Notes: generated by a model not told the origin, from the letters alone. Positions 9,524-20,023 are shown, numbered from the stretch's first letter. The stretch is DNA of 41,158 nt from Candidatus Woesearchaeota archaeon (GCA_964408125.1 CAYOYC010000003.1:1-41158), one strand, 5' to 3'. Numbers and translations: made by a program.

Positions 9524-11002
9524 ATGGTTCGGAATATTAGTAAACAACTCATTTCTCTGACTAAAGAGGCTTTTTTTGATTATGTCTTGCCTGCAATTAA
9601 AGACAAGTATTCTGCTTCCCTTGATAAATTTTTTGTAAATATAACTTCTTCAGTCGCATATGGCGTGGCAGATAAACATTCAGACATTGATGTTTTTATA
9701 CTTTTTAGGGAGCACAAAGATTATTTAAAATTTCATGAAAAATTTGATAAAATAATCAAGGCGATAAAGTTTCCAGAAAAATTTGAAGGTATGTGCGATA
9801 AGGGTATGCGTTTTGAATTTGAAAGTCTTAAGAAATCTGATGTTTTAGATTTTTATCGTACTCAGTCTTATGAAACTTGGATGAATCAGACAGAATGGCT
9901 TCTTTGTTGGCTTGTCAATTCAGTAACTATCTATGATCCCAAAGATTATATTACCTCTTTTAAGAAAAAAATTAAGTTTTTTGATGGCGATGTTCTCAAA
10001 TCAAAGGTCAATATGTCATTTATATTATTATTAAAATATCAAAAAATTCTTTCGAAAATTGACCCTCTTAATGAACATTACCTAGCAGATTTTTATTTTT
10101 TTAAGGTAGCTAAACAATTAATGAACTTGGCATATTGGTCTGCTAAGAAATATACTCCTCACACAAAATGGCAATATTTCATGTTACAGTTTATTGGTTC
10201 GTATGGGCCGGCGTTATACTATGATTTGGATTTAATTTTAGCTACAGATAATCCCAATAGATTAAAAATAATTGGGAAATGGACTGCCCAGTTTGGAAGA
10301 TATTGGTTTAATCATAAAATTTTGGATAAGGAGATCTATAATTTTTATATTAATGAATACAAATTTAATACGGAAAATTCTAGCAACAAAAATATTATTT
10401 TATTTAAAAATTATGGGGAAGTCATTAAAAACAAGGGTAATATTTTTTCTTCGTTAAATTCGCTAGGTAAGTTTAGTAACTTTTTCTTAAATGAAGAAAC
10501 CAATATTGTTTATTTGGGAAAATATGATTATGATGCCATAATGCGAATACAAGATAAATATGTTGGTTTGGATACTGGTAAGATATCTTCAAAAATACAA
10601 ACTAAAAGAATAAACTATTTGCATTTTATAATTTGGAGAAAGATTCGAGTAATAAATGGTGCATTGAAAAGAAATAATCGTTTTAATCAGGCGTGGTATG
10701 CTAATCAAGCGGTGGAACATATCATTGAAATGAGTTTTAGATTAAAAAAACAAAAATTGCCTTTAGAATTTATTCAATTATCTTCGTTAAAATCTTCGGG
10801 TTATTTTCCTCAAATTTATCCTCTTTTGATTAAAAGTTTTAAACTAGATACTCCTAATAAAATTGAAATACTTTGGAAATGTTTTTTTATACTTCAAAAA
10901 TATATTAAGAAAAATAAAATATTATCTCAATTTCAAATAGGTAATCCCCTAGAGATTCAATTTGATATAGAATATTGGAAATATGAGAATTTAAGGCTTT
11001 AA
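9524..11002 (+). CDS. Pol-beta superfamily nucleotidyltransferase-like protein (DUF4037-like)
   Basis: SSVAYGVADKHSDID (variant GS...DxD motif) and YTPHTKW motif, with a long helical C-terminus. Confidence 0.6.
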   Translation: MVRNISKQLISLTKEAFFDYVLPAIKDKYSASLDKFFVNITSSVAYGVADKHSDIDVFILFREHKDYLKFHEKFDKIIKAIKFPEKFEGMCDKGMRFEFESLKKSDVLDFYRTQSYETWMNQTEWLLCWLVNSVTIYDPKDYITSFKKKIKFFDGDVLKSKVNMSFILLLKYQKILSKIDPLNEHYLADFYFFKVAKQLMNLAYWSAKKYTPHTKWQYFMLQFIGSYGPALYYDLDLILATDNPNRLKIIGKWTAQFGRYWFNHKILDKEIYNFYINEYKFNTENSSNKNIILFKNYGEVIKNKGNIFSSLNSLGKFSNFFLNEETNIVYLGKYDYDAIMRIQDKYVGLDTGKISSKIQTKRINYLHFIIWRKIRVINGALKRNNRFNQAWYANQAVEHIIEMSFRLKKQKLPLEFIQLSSLKSSGYFPQIYPLLIKSFKLDTPNKIEILWKCFFILQKYIKKNKILSQFQIGNPLEIQFDIEYWKYENLRL

Positions 11003-11006
11003 TTTT

Positions 11007-12302
11007 TTATATCTTTTTTTCTTTTTGAGCTTTTATTTCTTTAAAACCCGTATATTTCCATAGTGCTTTTGGGATTTTTAAGCTGCCATCTTTTTGTTGA
11101 TGATTTTCTATAAATGCTATTAACGCTCTTGGCGAAGCCAGTACTGTGTTATTTAGAGTATGTGCGTAATAATTGCCCTTTGGAGAAGTAATTTTTATAT
11201 TTAATCTTCTAGCTTGAGCTTCTTCCATGTTGGTCAGGGAACAAATTTCAAAGTATTTCTTTTGTCTTGGGCTCCAAGCTTCAAGGTCGCAAGATTTTGC
11301 TTTTAGATCTGCCAAGTCTCCGGAACAGCATTCTAAAACTCTTATAGGTATTTCTAGTGCCTTAAAAACTTCAATACCGTACTCTAACATTTTATCATAC
11401 CACTTGTATGAATCTTCGGGTTCGCATATTACTATCATCTCTTGTTTTTCGAATTGGTGTCTTCTATAAAATCCTTTTTCCTCTAGTCCGTGGCTGCCTA
11501 TTTCTTTTCTGAAGCAAGGAGAATAACTTGTGAGGTTTATTGGCAGTTCCTTTTTATTTAAGGTTTTATCTATAAATCTTCCAATCATTGAATGTTCTGA
11601 AGTTCCAATCATGTAAAGATCTTCGCCTTCAATCTTGTACATCATATTATTTATATCCATGCATGCCATAACTCCTTCCACTACTTTTTTTCTTATCATA
11701 AAGGGAGGAATTACATATTCAAATCCCTGTTCTATCATATAATCTCTGGCGAATGCTAACATTGCAGAATGTAGAATTGCTATTTTACCTCTAATAAAAT
11801 AAAATCCATTTCCGGATGTTTCTCTTGCAGATTCAAAGTCTGCCCCATTAAGTTTTTCTACAATATCGGCATGATTTAGGATTTCATATTCTGGAACTTT
11901 AGGCTCTCCTATTTTTCTTAATTCTACATTTTCTGAGGAATCTTTACCTATGGGTACTGAAGAATGTATAATATTTGGAATCTGGTACATGATTTTTTTT
12001 ATCTCTTCACCAAGTGAATTTTCTTTTTCTTCTAATTTTACTATTTCTTCAGGGATTTTCTTTGCTTCTTCTATAAGTTGTTTTGCAGTTTTTTCATCTT
12101 TATTTTTTTTAGCTTTATTAATTTCTTCTGAAACTTTATTTCTTTGAGATCTCAGTTTATCTGCTTCTCCCCTTGCAGTTCTCCATTCCCTATCTAATTC
12201 AATTACTTTGTCAACCAAAGGTAATTTTGCATTTTGGAATTTCTTTTTTATGTTTTCTCTAACTAAGTCTGGATTTTCTCTTAATATTTTAATGTCTATC
12301 AT
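11007..12302 (-). CDS. serS: Seryl-tRNA synthetase (probable housekeeping copy)
   Basis: MIDIKILRENP start, GTSE, FRKEIGSHG...HQFEKQE, HTLNNT. Start 12302 is supported by TTTAAATA 29 nt upstream (12331-12324). Confidence 0.95.
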   Translation of the reverse strand: MIDIKILRENPDLVRENIKKKFQNAKLPLVDKVIELDREWRTARGEADKLRSQRNKVSEEINKAKKNKDEKTAKQLIEEAKKIPEEIVKLEEKENSLGEEIKKIMYQIPNIIHSSVPIGKDSSENVELRKIGEPKVPEYEILNHADIVEKLNGADFESARETSGNGFYFIRGKIAILHSAMLAFARDYMIEQGFEYVIPPFMIRKKVVEGVMACMDINNMMYKIEGEDLYMIGTSEHSMIGRFIDKTLNKKELPINLTSYSPCFRKEIGSHGLEEKGFYRRHQFEKQEMIVICEPEDSYKWYDKMLEYGIEVFKALEIPIRVLECCSGDLADLKAKSCDLEAWSPRQKKYFEICSLTNMEEAQARRLNIKITSPKGNYYAHTLNNTVLASPRALIAFIENHQQKDGSLKIPKALWKYTGFKEIKAQKEKKI

Positions 12303-12484
12303 ATTGTTTTGATTGAAAAACATTATTTAAACTTTATTGTGGTTATGTTTTTACATAAGCTCTTGTTTTAAAAATTAATTCCATCGTGAAAAATTTTGTA
12401 TCTACTCTTCGTGGACGAAAAGTTTGGGAAAGCTTTAAAAGCAGTTCATAACTCTAAAATATAGGTTGCAATATATATATTCAA

Positions 12485-12766
12485 ATGGTAACAATAAACG
12501 ATAACTTTGATTTGTTTTTCAGGAGAAAGCCGGCGATGATGCTTCTTGCTCTGAAAAGAATGAATAAAGCAAAATATGGTTCTGTTTTAGCAAAAGAAGT
12601 TGATTGCACATATTCTCATGCTGTTAAAATATTGCAGATTCTAGAAGAGCTTGGTCTTGTTGGGTTTGAGAAGAAAGGTAGAATCAAAATAATAAAGTTA
12701 ACCAAAAGAGGATTACAGATTGCGGAGAATATAGAAGCTATAAAAGAGATTATTGACGCTAGTTAG
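12485..12766 (+). CDS. Small winged-helix (MarR-like) DNA-binding protein
   Basis: LAKEVDCTYSHAVKIL helix-turn-helix and KKGRIKIIKLTKRG wing. Confidence 0.8.
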   Translation: MVTINDNFDLFFRRKPAMMLLALKRMNKAKYGSVLAKEVDCTYSHAVKILQILEELGLVGFEKKGRIKIIKLTKRGLQIAENIEAIKEIIDAS

Positions 12767-12833
12767 TTTTCGAATATTTTTAGGAATATAAATAATTTTA
12801 AGGGTTTTTTGTTGTAGTTTTAAAGAATAAAAA

Positions 12834-12908
12834 TGACCTCGAAGGGATTTGAACCCTCGACACCCACGTTAAGAGCGTGGTACTCTAACCGGGCTGAGCT
12901 ACGAGGCC
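12834..12908 (-). tRNA. tRNA-Lys(CTT)
   Basis: Acceptor GGCCTCG/CGAGGTC, anticodon arm CCACG-CTCTTAA-CGTGG, TTCAAAT loop; no intron, CCA not encoded. Confidence 0.95.
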
Positions 12909-13100
12909 ATTTAAGTTATGGGCAAAGAGTGATTTAAAAAAGTTTGTAATTTCTAAATTGGAGATTTCTGTATGGAATAAAATCAAGAAGTTGGTTTTTA
13001 GATGAAATTTATGCCAAAACTACTTTAAAATAACAAAAACAAAACATTTAAAAAGCAACTTTTTTTAATGTTTTCATCTAAACTACTGATAGTCTTTAGT

Positions 13101-13310
13101 ATGCACATTCTCCAGCCAAAACACACGAAATTAAAACAAGAGGAAGTAAATAAATTACTTGTAAAGTATAATATTTCCTTGGCTCAATTACCTAAAATTT
13201 CTAAAGAAGATCCAGCTATTTTTGAATTAAATGTCCAACTTGGTGACGTAATCAAAATTGATAGAAAAGTTGCAGAAGGGAGTGAAGAATATTTTCGTGT
13301 TGTTGTTTAA
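13101..13310 (+). CDS. rpoH: RNA polymerase subunit H (Rpo5)
   Basis: HILQPKH, LPKI...DPA, GDVIKIDR, YFRVV; first gene of the RNAP operon; ATG 13101 preferred. Confidence 0.92.
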   Translation: MHILQPKHTKLKQEEVNKLLVKYNISLAQLPKISKEDPAIFELNVQLGDVIKIDRKVAEGSEEYFRVVV

Positions 13311-13319
13311 TTTTTAAAA

Positions 13320-16300
13320 ATGGTTGCCCAAAAGTCTGTTACGGTTGATAGAAAGCATGTTCTTGTTAAGGAATTCTTAAGAAATCACTCTATAGTTGAA
13401 TCAAACATTACTTCGTTTAATGATTTTATTGAAAATAGAATGCAAGAAATGGTTTCAGAATTGAATGAGAGTTTGCCAAAAGAAGATTTTGAAATAAAAA
13501 TGGGCAAAATTACCGTTGGTAAACCAGATATCGTTGAAGCAGATGGTTCTATTAAATTAATTACACCAGCCGAAGCAAGATTAAGAGGACTAACTTATTC
13601 TGCGCCAATAAAGATCGAATTAACTATAAGATATGAAGGACAGATAGAAGCAGCAGAAGTTCAACTTGGCAGAATACCAATTATTGTAAAAAGTAAAGCT
13701 TGCAATCTTTATGGATTAAGTAAAGATGAGCTTATAGAGAAATATATTGATCCGGCAGATTCTGGCGGATATTTTATTGTAAATGGGAATGAAAGAATTT
13801 TGGTTATGGCTGAAGATTTGGCATCTAATCAATCATTTTTGGAAAATCAAAAAGTAAAAGGATTTGTTTTAAGGTTATTTTCGCAAAGAGGAGCATATAA
13901 AATACCAGTATCTATTAATGAAAGCAAAGAAGGAATATTAGAGATTTCTTTTTCAAGGTTTAGAAAAATTCCAGTAATGATTTTATTGAAGGCCCTTGGG
14001 ATGGTTTCCGAAGCTGAGATATCCAAGATGATTGGGAAGCAAACAGATGGGTTACTTGTAAATTTATATGAATATGCATCACTTGCTGATGCCGAAGAAG
14101 CATTGATGAAAATAGCAGAGCTAACCTCATTACAGGGTACTAAGAAAGAAGTGTTGGATAGAACAAAGCAGAGGATAGATTCTTATTTATTACCACATGT
14201 TGGATTGGATAAAAATGCAAGACTGGAAAAAGCAAAAACTCTTTGTAAATTGATAAAGCAATTTTATATCTCTAAAGAACATCCAGATGATTCTTTAACA
14301 GATAAAGACCATTATGCAAATAAGAGAGTTAGACTTTCTGGTGACTTGCTTTCCGATTTGTTTAGGGTTAATTTAAATATATTATTGAGAGAAGTACAGC
14401 ATTCATTGCAGAAGACAGTAAAGAGAAGAAAATTCTATTCCATAAAAACAATTGCTAAATCAACTTTATTTTCTCATAGAATTGAATCCGCCATTGCTAC
14501 TGGTTCGTGGATTGGTGAAAGGACTGGAGTAACTCAGAATATGAAAAAGGATAATTTTTTATCCGTTATGTCACAATTACAGAAAGTTGTTTCTACATTA
14601 CCTGGAGAACAGGAAAATTTTGCAGCTAGAACTGTACATCCAACTCATTATGGAAGATTCTGTCCAGTAGAAACACCAGAAGGTACTGAAATTGGTTTAA
14701 GAAAGAATTTGGCCATGTTAGCTAGAGTTTCTACTAGATGTATGGTCCCAGAGGATAAAATTATAAAGGTTTTAGTTGAGGAAAAAATGTCGAGAGAAGG
14801 AAACGATGGAATAGATGTTTTCTTGAATGGGAGATATGTTGGAGTTGTTCAAAATGGAAGAGAATTTTTCTTAAGTGCTAGAGAAAGAAGAAGAAAAGGA
14901 AATTTACCAATTGATTTAAGTATAAAATATGATTCATTTTTAGGAGCGGTATTCTTATCTACAGAAGTCGGAAGGGTTTTGAGACCACTGATTATTGCAG
15001 ACAAGGGTGTTTCTAGATTAAAAGAAGAGCATTTGAATTTAGTTGAGCAGGGATCTTTGACTTGGAATAATTTAGTTGAACAGGGAATTATAGAATATCT
15101 TGATGCTTCTGAAGAAGATAATAATTATGTTTCTTTATATAAGGAAGAGCTAACAGAGGATCATGATTATTTAGAAGTTGATCCTATTGCGTGTCTTGGG
15201 GTTATTACATCCATTGTTCCGTATGCAAATCATGATCAGGCGCCTAGATTATTAAGGGGTAGTAAGACTCAGACACAGTCTCTGGGAATATATGCAGCTA
15301 ATTATCACGTAAGAATAGATACGAATGTTTCTATTTTACATTATCCGCAAAAACCATTAGCGAGAAGCTTTACTTATGATACGTTGAATGTTTATCCAGC
15401 TGGACAAAATGTTATTGTTGCGGTTTTGCCTTACGATGGTTATAATATTGAAGATGCGGTTGTTTTAAACCAGGGTTCTATAGATAGAGGATTGGCTAGA
15501 AGTTCGTACTTTAGACCGTATACTTCCGTTGAATTAAATTATGCGGGAAGATTAAAGGATGAAATATGTATTCCGGAAAAAGATGTTTCTGGATATAGAA
15601 TGGAACAATCATATAAATATTTAGAGGATGACGGAATAGCTTATCCTGAAGCAGATATGAAAGAGGGAGATGCAGTTATTGGAAAGATTTCTCCTCCTAA
15701 GTTCTTATCTGAAGCAAGAGAAATTTCTATACAAACTAAGAAAGAAAATTCAACTGTGGTTAGGCAAGAAGAAACAGGGATAGTAGATGGAGTATTTATT
15801 ACATTGGACGGAGATGGAAATAAGTTGGTTCAAGTTAGAATGAGAGATTTAAGAAAGCCAGAAGTTGGAGATAAGTTTGCAACACCACACGGACAGAAGG
15901 GAATCGTTGGTTTTATTGCACCAGAACTAGATGTTCCATTTACTGCTAGGGGAGTAAGGCCAGATTTGATTTTCAATCCACATGGTATCCCATCTCGTAT
16001 GACTGTCGGTTATTTATTGGAAATGATGGCTGGAAAAGTTGCAGCATTATCTGGTGTTGTTAGAGATGCTTCTGCATTTGCAGGAGAAGAACTTTTAAGC
16101 TTAGAGGAAAATTTGAAGAAGTTAGGATTTAGATATGACGGCAAAGAGGCATTATATCATGGGGTTACGGGACAGAAGTTGCCAGTTAAGATATTCGTTG
16201 GTAATATGTATTATTTGAAATTAGGACGTATGGTAAAGAATTTATTACATGCGAGAGCATCTGGTAAGATTGCATTATTAACAAGACAGCCGATTGAAGG

Positions 16301-16601
16301 AAGATCAAGGGGTGGTGGTTTAAGACTTGGAGAGATGGAGCAGCAAGCATTAGTCGCACATGGAGCGTCTTTATTATTGAAAGAGAGATATGACTCCGAT
16401 AAAGTTATATTACACATTTGTGAAAGATGTGGAGCGCTTGCTACAGATGATAAGATAAGAGACAAACAAATTTGTTCATTGTGCCAATCCAATAAAATAG
16501 AGCCAGTTGAACTTTCATATGCTTTCAAATTATTGTTAGAAGAATTACAAGGTATGCATTTATTAACTAAATTTGAATTGAAAAATAAATACGATCAATA
16601 A
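13320..16601 (+). CDS. rpoB: RNA polymerase subunit B (Rpo2, unsplit)
   Basis: GYFIVNGNER, CPVETPEG, GDKFATPHGQKG, GGGLRLGEME, C-terminal zinc ribbon. Confidence 0.97.
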   Translation: MVAQKSVTVDRKHVLVKEFLRNHSIVESNITSFNDFIENRMQEMVSELNESLPKEDFEIKMGKITVGKPDIVEADGSIKLITPAEARLRGLTYSAPIKIELTIRYEGQIEAAEVQLGRIPIIVKSKACNLYGLSKDELIEKYIDPADSGGYFIVNGNERILVMAEDLASNQSFLENQKVKGFVLRLFSQRGAYKIPVSINESKEGILEISFSRFRKIPVMILLKALGMVSEAEISKMIGKQTDGLLVNLYEYASLADAEEALMKIAELTSLQGTKKEVLDRTKQRIDSYLLPHVGLDKNARLEKAKTLCKLIKQFYISKEHPDDSLTDKDHYANKRVRLSGDLLSDLFRVNLNILLREVQHSLQKTVKRRKFYSIKTIAKSTLFSHRIESAIATGSWIGERTGVTQNMKKDNFLSVMSQLQKVVSTLPGEQENFAARTVHPTHYGRFCPVETPEGTEIGLRKNLAMLARVSTRCMVPEDKIIKVLVEEKMSREGNDGIDVFLNGRYVGVVQNGREFFLSARERRRKGNLPIDLSIKYDSFLGAVFLSTEVGRVLRPLIIADKGVSRLKEEHLNLVEQGSLTWNNLVEQGIIEYLDASEEDNNYVSLYKEELTEDHDYLEVDPIACLGVITSIVPYANHDQAPRLLRGSKTQTQSLGIYAANYHVRIDTNVSILHYPQKPLARSFTYDTLNVYPAGQNVIVAVLPYDGYNIEDAVVLNQGSIDRGLARSSYFRPYTSVELNYAGRLKDEICIPEKDVSGYRMEQSYKYLEDDGIAYPEADMKEGDAVIGKISPPKFLSEAREISIQTKKENSTVVRQEETGIVDGVFITLDGDGNKLVQVRMRDLRKPEVGDKFATPHGQKGIVGFIAPELDVPFTARGVRPDLIFNPHGIPSRMTVGYLLEMMAGKVAALSGVVRDASAFAGEELLSLEENLKKLGFRYDGKEALYHGVTGQKLPVKIFVGNMYYLKLGRMVKNLLHARASGKIALLTRQPIEGRSRGGGLRLGEMEQQALVAHGASLLLKERYDSDKVILHICERCGALATDDKIRDKQICSLCQSNKIEPVELSYAFKLLLEELQGMHLLTKFELKNKYDQ

Positions 16602-16603
16602 AA

Positions 16604-19600
16604 ATGGAAAAGCCAGTAAAAAAACAAATAAGAGCAATAAAATTTAGTTTATGCTCGCCAGAACAGATTAAAAAAATGGCTGTTGCTAAAATTGTTACAC
16701 CAGAATTGTATGATGTAGATGGTTATCCAGTAGATGGCGGTTTGATGGATTTGAGACTTGGCGCTATAGATCCGGGAGTAAGGTGTAGAACTTGTGGGGG
16801 CCATCTAAAAGAATGTTTAGGTCATCCCGGTATGATTGAATTAGCTAGGCCGATTTTGCATATAAAGTATATTCAAATTTGTGAATTGGTTATGAGAACA
16901 ACTTGTGAAGCTTGTGGAAAATTACTTTTGACTCAAGAAGATTCTCAAAAAGATTTGAAGACGAGATTGAAGAAAGCCAAAGAAGCAAAGAAATGTCCGC
17001 ATTGTGGAATTGTTCAAGAGAAACCAAAATTTGAAAAACCATCTCAATTTCATGTTGGAAAAAGAAGAATCTTTCCATCAGAGATTAGAGAAAGATTGGC
17101 AAAAATACCAGATGAGGAATTGAAATTAATTGGCATTAATCCAAAAACATTGAGGCCAGAATGGTCTGTGTTGACTTATTTATTAGTTCCGCCTGTAACT
17201 GTTAGACCTTCTATTACTTTAGAATCTGGTGAAAGATCTGAAGATGATTTAACGCATAAATTGTCAGACATTATAAGGGCAAATCAAAGACTTTGGGAAA
17301 ATTTAAACGCAGGTGCTCCAGAGGTTATTATTGAGGATTTGTGGGACTTGTTGCAATATCATATTACAACATTCTTGGATAATTCAGTTGCTAAGATACC
17401 TCCTGCAAGACACAGAAGTGGTCAGCCGCTGAAAACAATTAATGAAAGAATCAAGGGTAAAGAAGGACGTATCAGAAAGAATTTGGCGGGTAAGAGAGTT
17501 AATTTCTCTGCGAGAACGGTTATTTCTCCAGATCCATATTTGAAGTTAAATGAAGTCGGGATTCCTTTTGAAGTTGCAACTATTTTAACTGTTGCTGAAA
17601 AAGTTAATACATTAAATATTGAAAGAATGAGGAAATTAGTTTTAGCTGAGGGGTATCCTGCTGCAAATTATATTATTAGACCAGATGGGAAGAGAAAAAG
17701 AATTTCTAAAGAGTTAAAAGAAGATTTGGCAAAAGAAATTGAGCCAGGATATACCGTTGAAAGACATTTAGTCGATGGTGATATAGTTTTGTTTAATAGA
17801 CATCCTTCATTGCATAGAGCTTCTTTGATGGCGCATAATGTTAGAGTTTTGCCAAATAAAACATTTAAGATGCATCCGGCAGTTTGTTTCCCATATAATG
17901 CGGATTTTGATGGGGATGAAATGAACATACACGCTCCACAGACAGAGGAAGCTAGAGCGGAAGCAGAGTGTTTGTTAAATGTTCAACAAAATTTAATTTC
18001 TCCAAAGAATAATACAAACTTATTTGGGTGTACCGATGATGCTTTAACTGGAAATTATATTATGGCAGAGCAAGATATTGATAGAGATGAAGCTATGCAA
18101 TTGGTTTATTCTGCTGGGTTAAAATTATTTAATTCTGCGAAGAAAGTTAGTGGAAGAGATTTATTCGAGAATGCCTTACCAGACGAATTGAGAAATTCTA
18201 GAATAAAATCGGAAGGATTTATTACAGAAGAAGGAGAAGATATCAAGAGATTAGATAAGGAGATTGGAAGAAAAAGAACTATAGAAGTTTTGAAAGATGT
18301 TTATACTTTAGGGATGACCTTCTTATCTAGAAATGGATTTACTATTTCTATTACCGATTTGGATGTTTCTGACGAAGTTAAAAAAGAAACACAAAGATTG
18401 ATTGAAAATGCTAATAAAAAAACACAAGATATAATTGAAGCGTATTATAATAAAACTCTAGAAATACTTCCAGGAAAAACGGAAGAACAAACTAGGGAAA
18501 TTAAGTTGTTACAGGTTTTGAATGGAGTTAGAACCGAAATTGGTAAATATGTAAAAGAGAAATTTCCTAAAGATAATTTAGTAAATAAAATGATTTCGGC
18601 TAAGGCAAGAGGTAGTATGTTGAATGTTACACAGATTGCTTGTTCTGTTGGTCAGCAGGTAATGAGAGGCCAGAGAATTAATTTTGGTTATACCGGAAGG
18701 TCTTTAAGTTGTTTCAAAAAGGGAGATTTAACTCCAGCTGCTGGCGGATTTATTAAAAATTCTTTCATAAATGGATTAAGACCTGATGAATTTTTCTTCG
18801 GCGGCATGACAGGAAGAGATGCTATGATGGATACTGCTCTGAGAACTCCTAAATCTGGTTATTTATATAGAAGATTAGTTTCTGCACTGCAAGACTTTAT
18901 TGTTGAATATGATGGAACGGTTAGAGATGCCAACGAGGGAATTGTTCAATATGCTTTTGGTGGTGATGGATTAGATGTTTCTGGATTACATAAAAATCAG
19001 AAATTGGCTCCGGGAGAAGCTATTGGTATTGTTACTGCTCAATCATTTGGTGAATCTTCTACTCAGATGGTTCTTAATGTATTCCACTCTGCTGGAGTTG
19101 CTGAAATGCAGGTTACGCAGGGCCTTCCAAGATTGATCGAAATTTTAGATGCAAGAAAGAAGCCATCTACACCAGCTATGGAAATTTATTTGGATAAGGA
19201 ACACAATAATGAAAAAGATTCTAAAATTATGGCTGAAAAAATTAAGGAAGTTAAATTAAGGGAAATAATTAGCGAGGTTAATGTTGATTTCGGAAGTAAA
19301 AAGATAGATGTTTTTATCGATAAAGAAGCATTAAAGAGAGTACATATGGGAGTAGAAAAGATTGTAGATGTTTTGAATGAAAAGGGAATGGGTGCGAAGA
19401 AAAAGGGAGAAGACGTAATAGTATTTGATCTTGGTGAGAGTGACTTTAAGTCTATATTTAGGTTTAAACAAAAGATAAAAGAGACTATCGTATCTGGAGT
19501 TAAGGCAATAGAGCAGGTTTTAGTCGTAAAGAGAGATGCGAATTATGTTATATTAACTGCTGGGACAAATTTAAAGGATATTTTACAATTTAAGGGAGTG

Positions 19601-20023
19601 AATATCGAAAAGATTTTCACAAATGATGTGCATGAAGTTTCTTCTCTACTTGGAATAGAATCGGCTAGACAATCAATTATAGATGAAATTAATAAGGTTT
19701 TGGTTTCACAGGGTTTAGATATCGATAAGAGACATTTAACACTTGTTGCTGATGCAATGACGTCTTCTGGAATTGTTAAGGGAGTTACAAGAGTGGGTAT
19801 TATCTCAGATAAATCATCTGTACTCGCAAGAGCCTCTTTCGAAACCCCAGTTAAGCATTTTGTAAATGCGTCTAGAACGGGAAAGAAAGATAAAATGGCG
19901 TCCGTTATTGAAAATATTATATTAAATCAACCAGTTCCGGTCGGAACGGGGTTGCCGGGATTGCTTGTAAAAGTAACTGGTCCATTATCAAAAGAAGAAA
20001 AGGGGGCTAAGGGTAAAAAATGA
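16604..20023 (+). CDS. rpoA: RNA polymerase largest subunit, fused A'+A'' (Rpo1)
   Basis: N-terminal zinc clamp, NADFDGD, bridge helix (DTALRTPKSGYLYRRL), then in frame the A'' motifs PGEAIG..AQSFGE..TQMVLNVFH, GLPRLIE and ASFE. Confidence 0.95.
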   Translation: MEKPVKKQIRAIKFSLCSPEQIKKMAVAKIVTPELYDVDGYPVDGGLMDLRLGAIDPGVRCRTCGGHLKECLGHPGMIELARPILHIKYIQICELVMRTTCEACGKLLLTQEDSQKDLKTRLKKAKEAKKCPHCGIVQEKPKFEKPSQFHVGKRRIFPSEIRERLAKIPDEELKLIGINPKTLRPEWSVLTYLLVPPVTVRPSITLESGERSEDDLTHKLSDIIRANQRLWENLNAGAPEVIIEDLWDLLQYHITTFLDNSVAKIPPARHRSGQPLKTINERIKGKEGRIRKNLAGKRVNFSARTVISPDPYLKLNEVGIPFEVATILTVAEKVNTLNIERMRKLVLAEGYPAANYIIRPDGKRKRISKELKEDLAKEIEPGYTVERHLVDGDIVLFNRHPSLHRASLMAHNVRVLPNKTFKMHPAVCFPYNADFDGDEMNIHAPQTEEARAEAECLLNVQQNLISPKNNTNLFGCTDDALTGNYIMAEQDIDRDEAMQLVYSAGLKLFNSAKKVSGRDLFENALPDELRNSRIKSEGFITEEGEDIKRLDKEIGRKRTIEVLKDVYTLGMTFLSRNGFTISITDLDVSDEVKKETQRLIENANKKTQDIIEAYYNKTLEILPGKTEEQTREIKLLQVLNGVRTEIGKYVKEKFPKDNLVNKMISAKARGSMLNVTQIACSVGQQVMRGQRINFGYTGRSLSCFKKGDLTPAAGGFIKNSFINGLRPDEFFFGGMTGRDAMMDTALRTPKSGYLYRRLVSALQDFIVEYDGTVRDANEGIVQYAFGGDGLDVSGLHKNQKLAPGEAIGIVTAQSFGESSTQMVLNVFHSAGVAEMQVTQGLPRLIEILDARKKPSTPAMEIYLDKEHNNEKDSKIMAEKIKEVKLREIISEVNVDFGSKKIDVFIDKEALKRVHMGVEKIVDVLNEKGMGAKKKGEDVIVFDLGESDFKSIFRFKQKIKETIVSGVKAIEQVLVVKRDANYVILTAGTNLKDILQFKGVNIEKIFTNDVHEVSSLLGIESARQSIIDEINKVLVSQGLDIDKRHLTLVADAMTSSGIVKGVTRVGIISDKSSVLARASFETPVKHFVNASRTGKKDKMASVIENIILNQPVPVGTGLPGLLVKVTGPLSKEEKGAKGKK

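Noticed and set aside
4950-11075. Similar 3' ends of the two serS genes as att sites or inverted repeats
   Set aside because: The similarity is at protein level (IPK.L.KYTGF) with many nucleotide differences, and no integrase is present.
13320-20023. Inteins in RNA polymerase subunits
   Set aside because: Both proteins are normal or short in length with no intein-like insertions.
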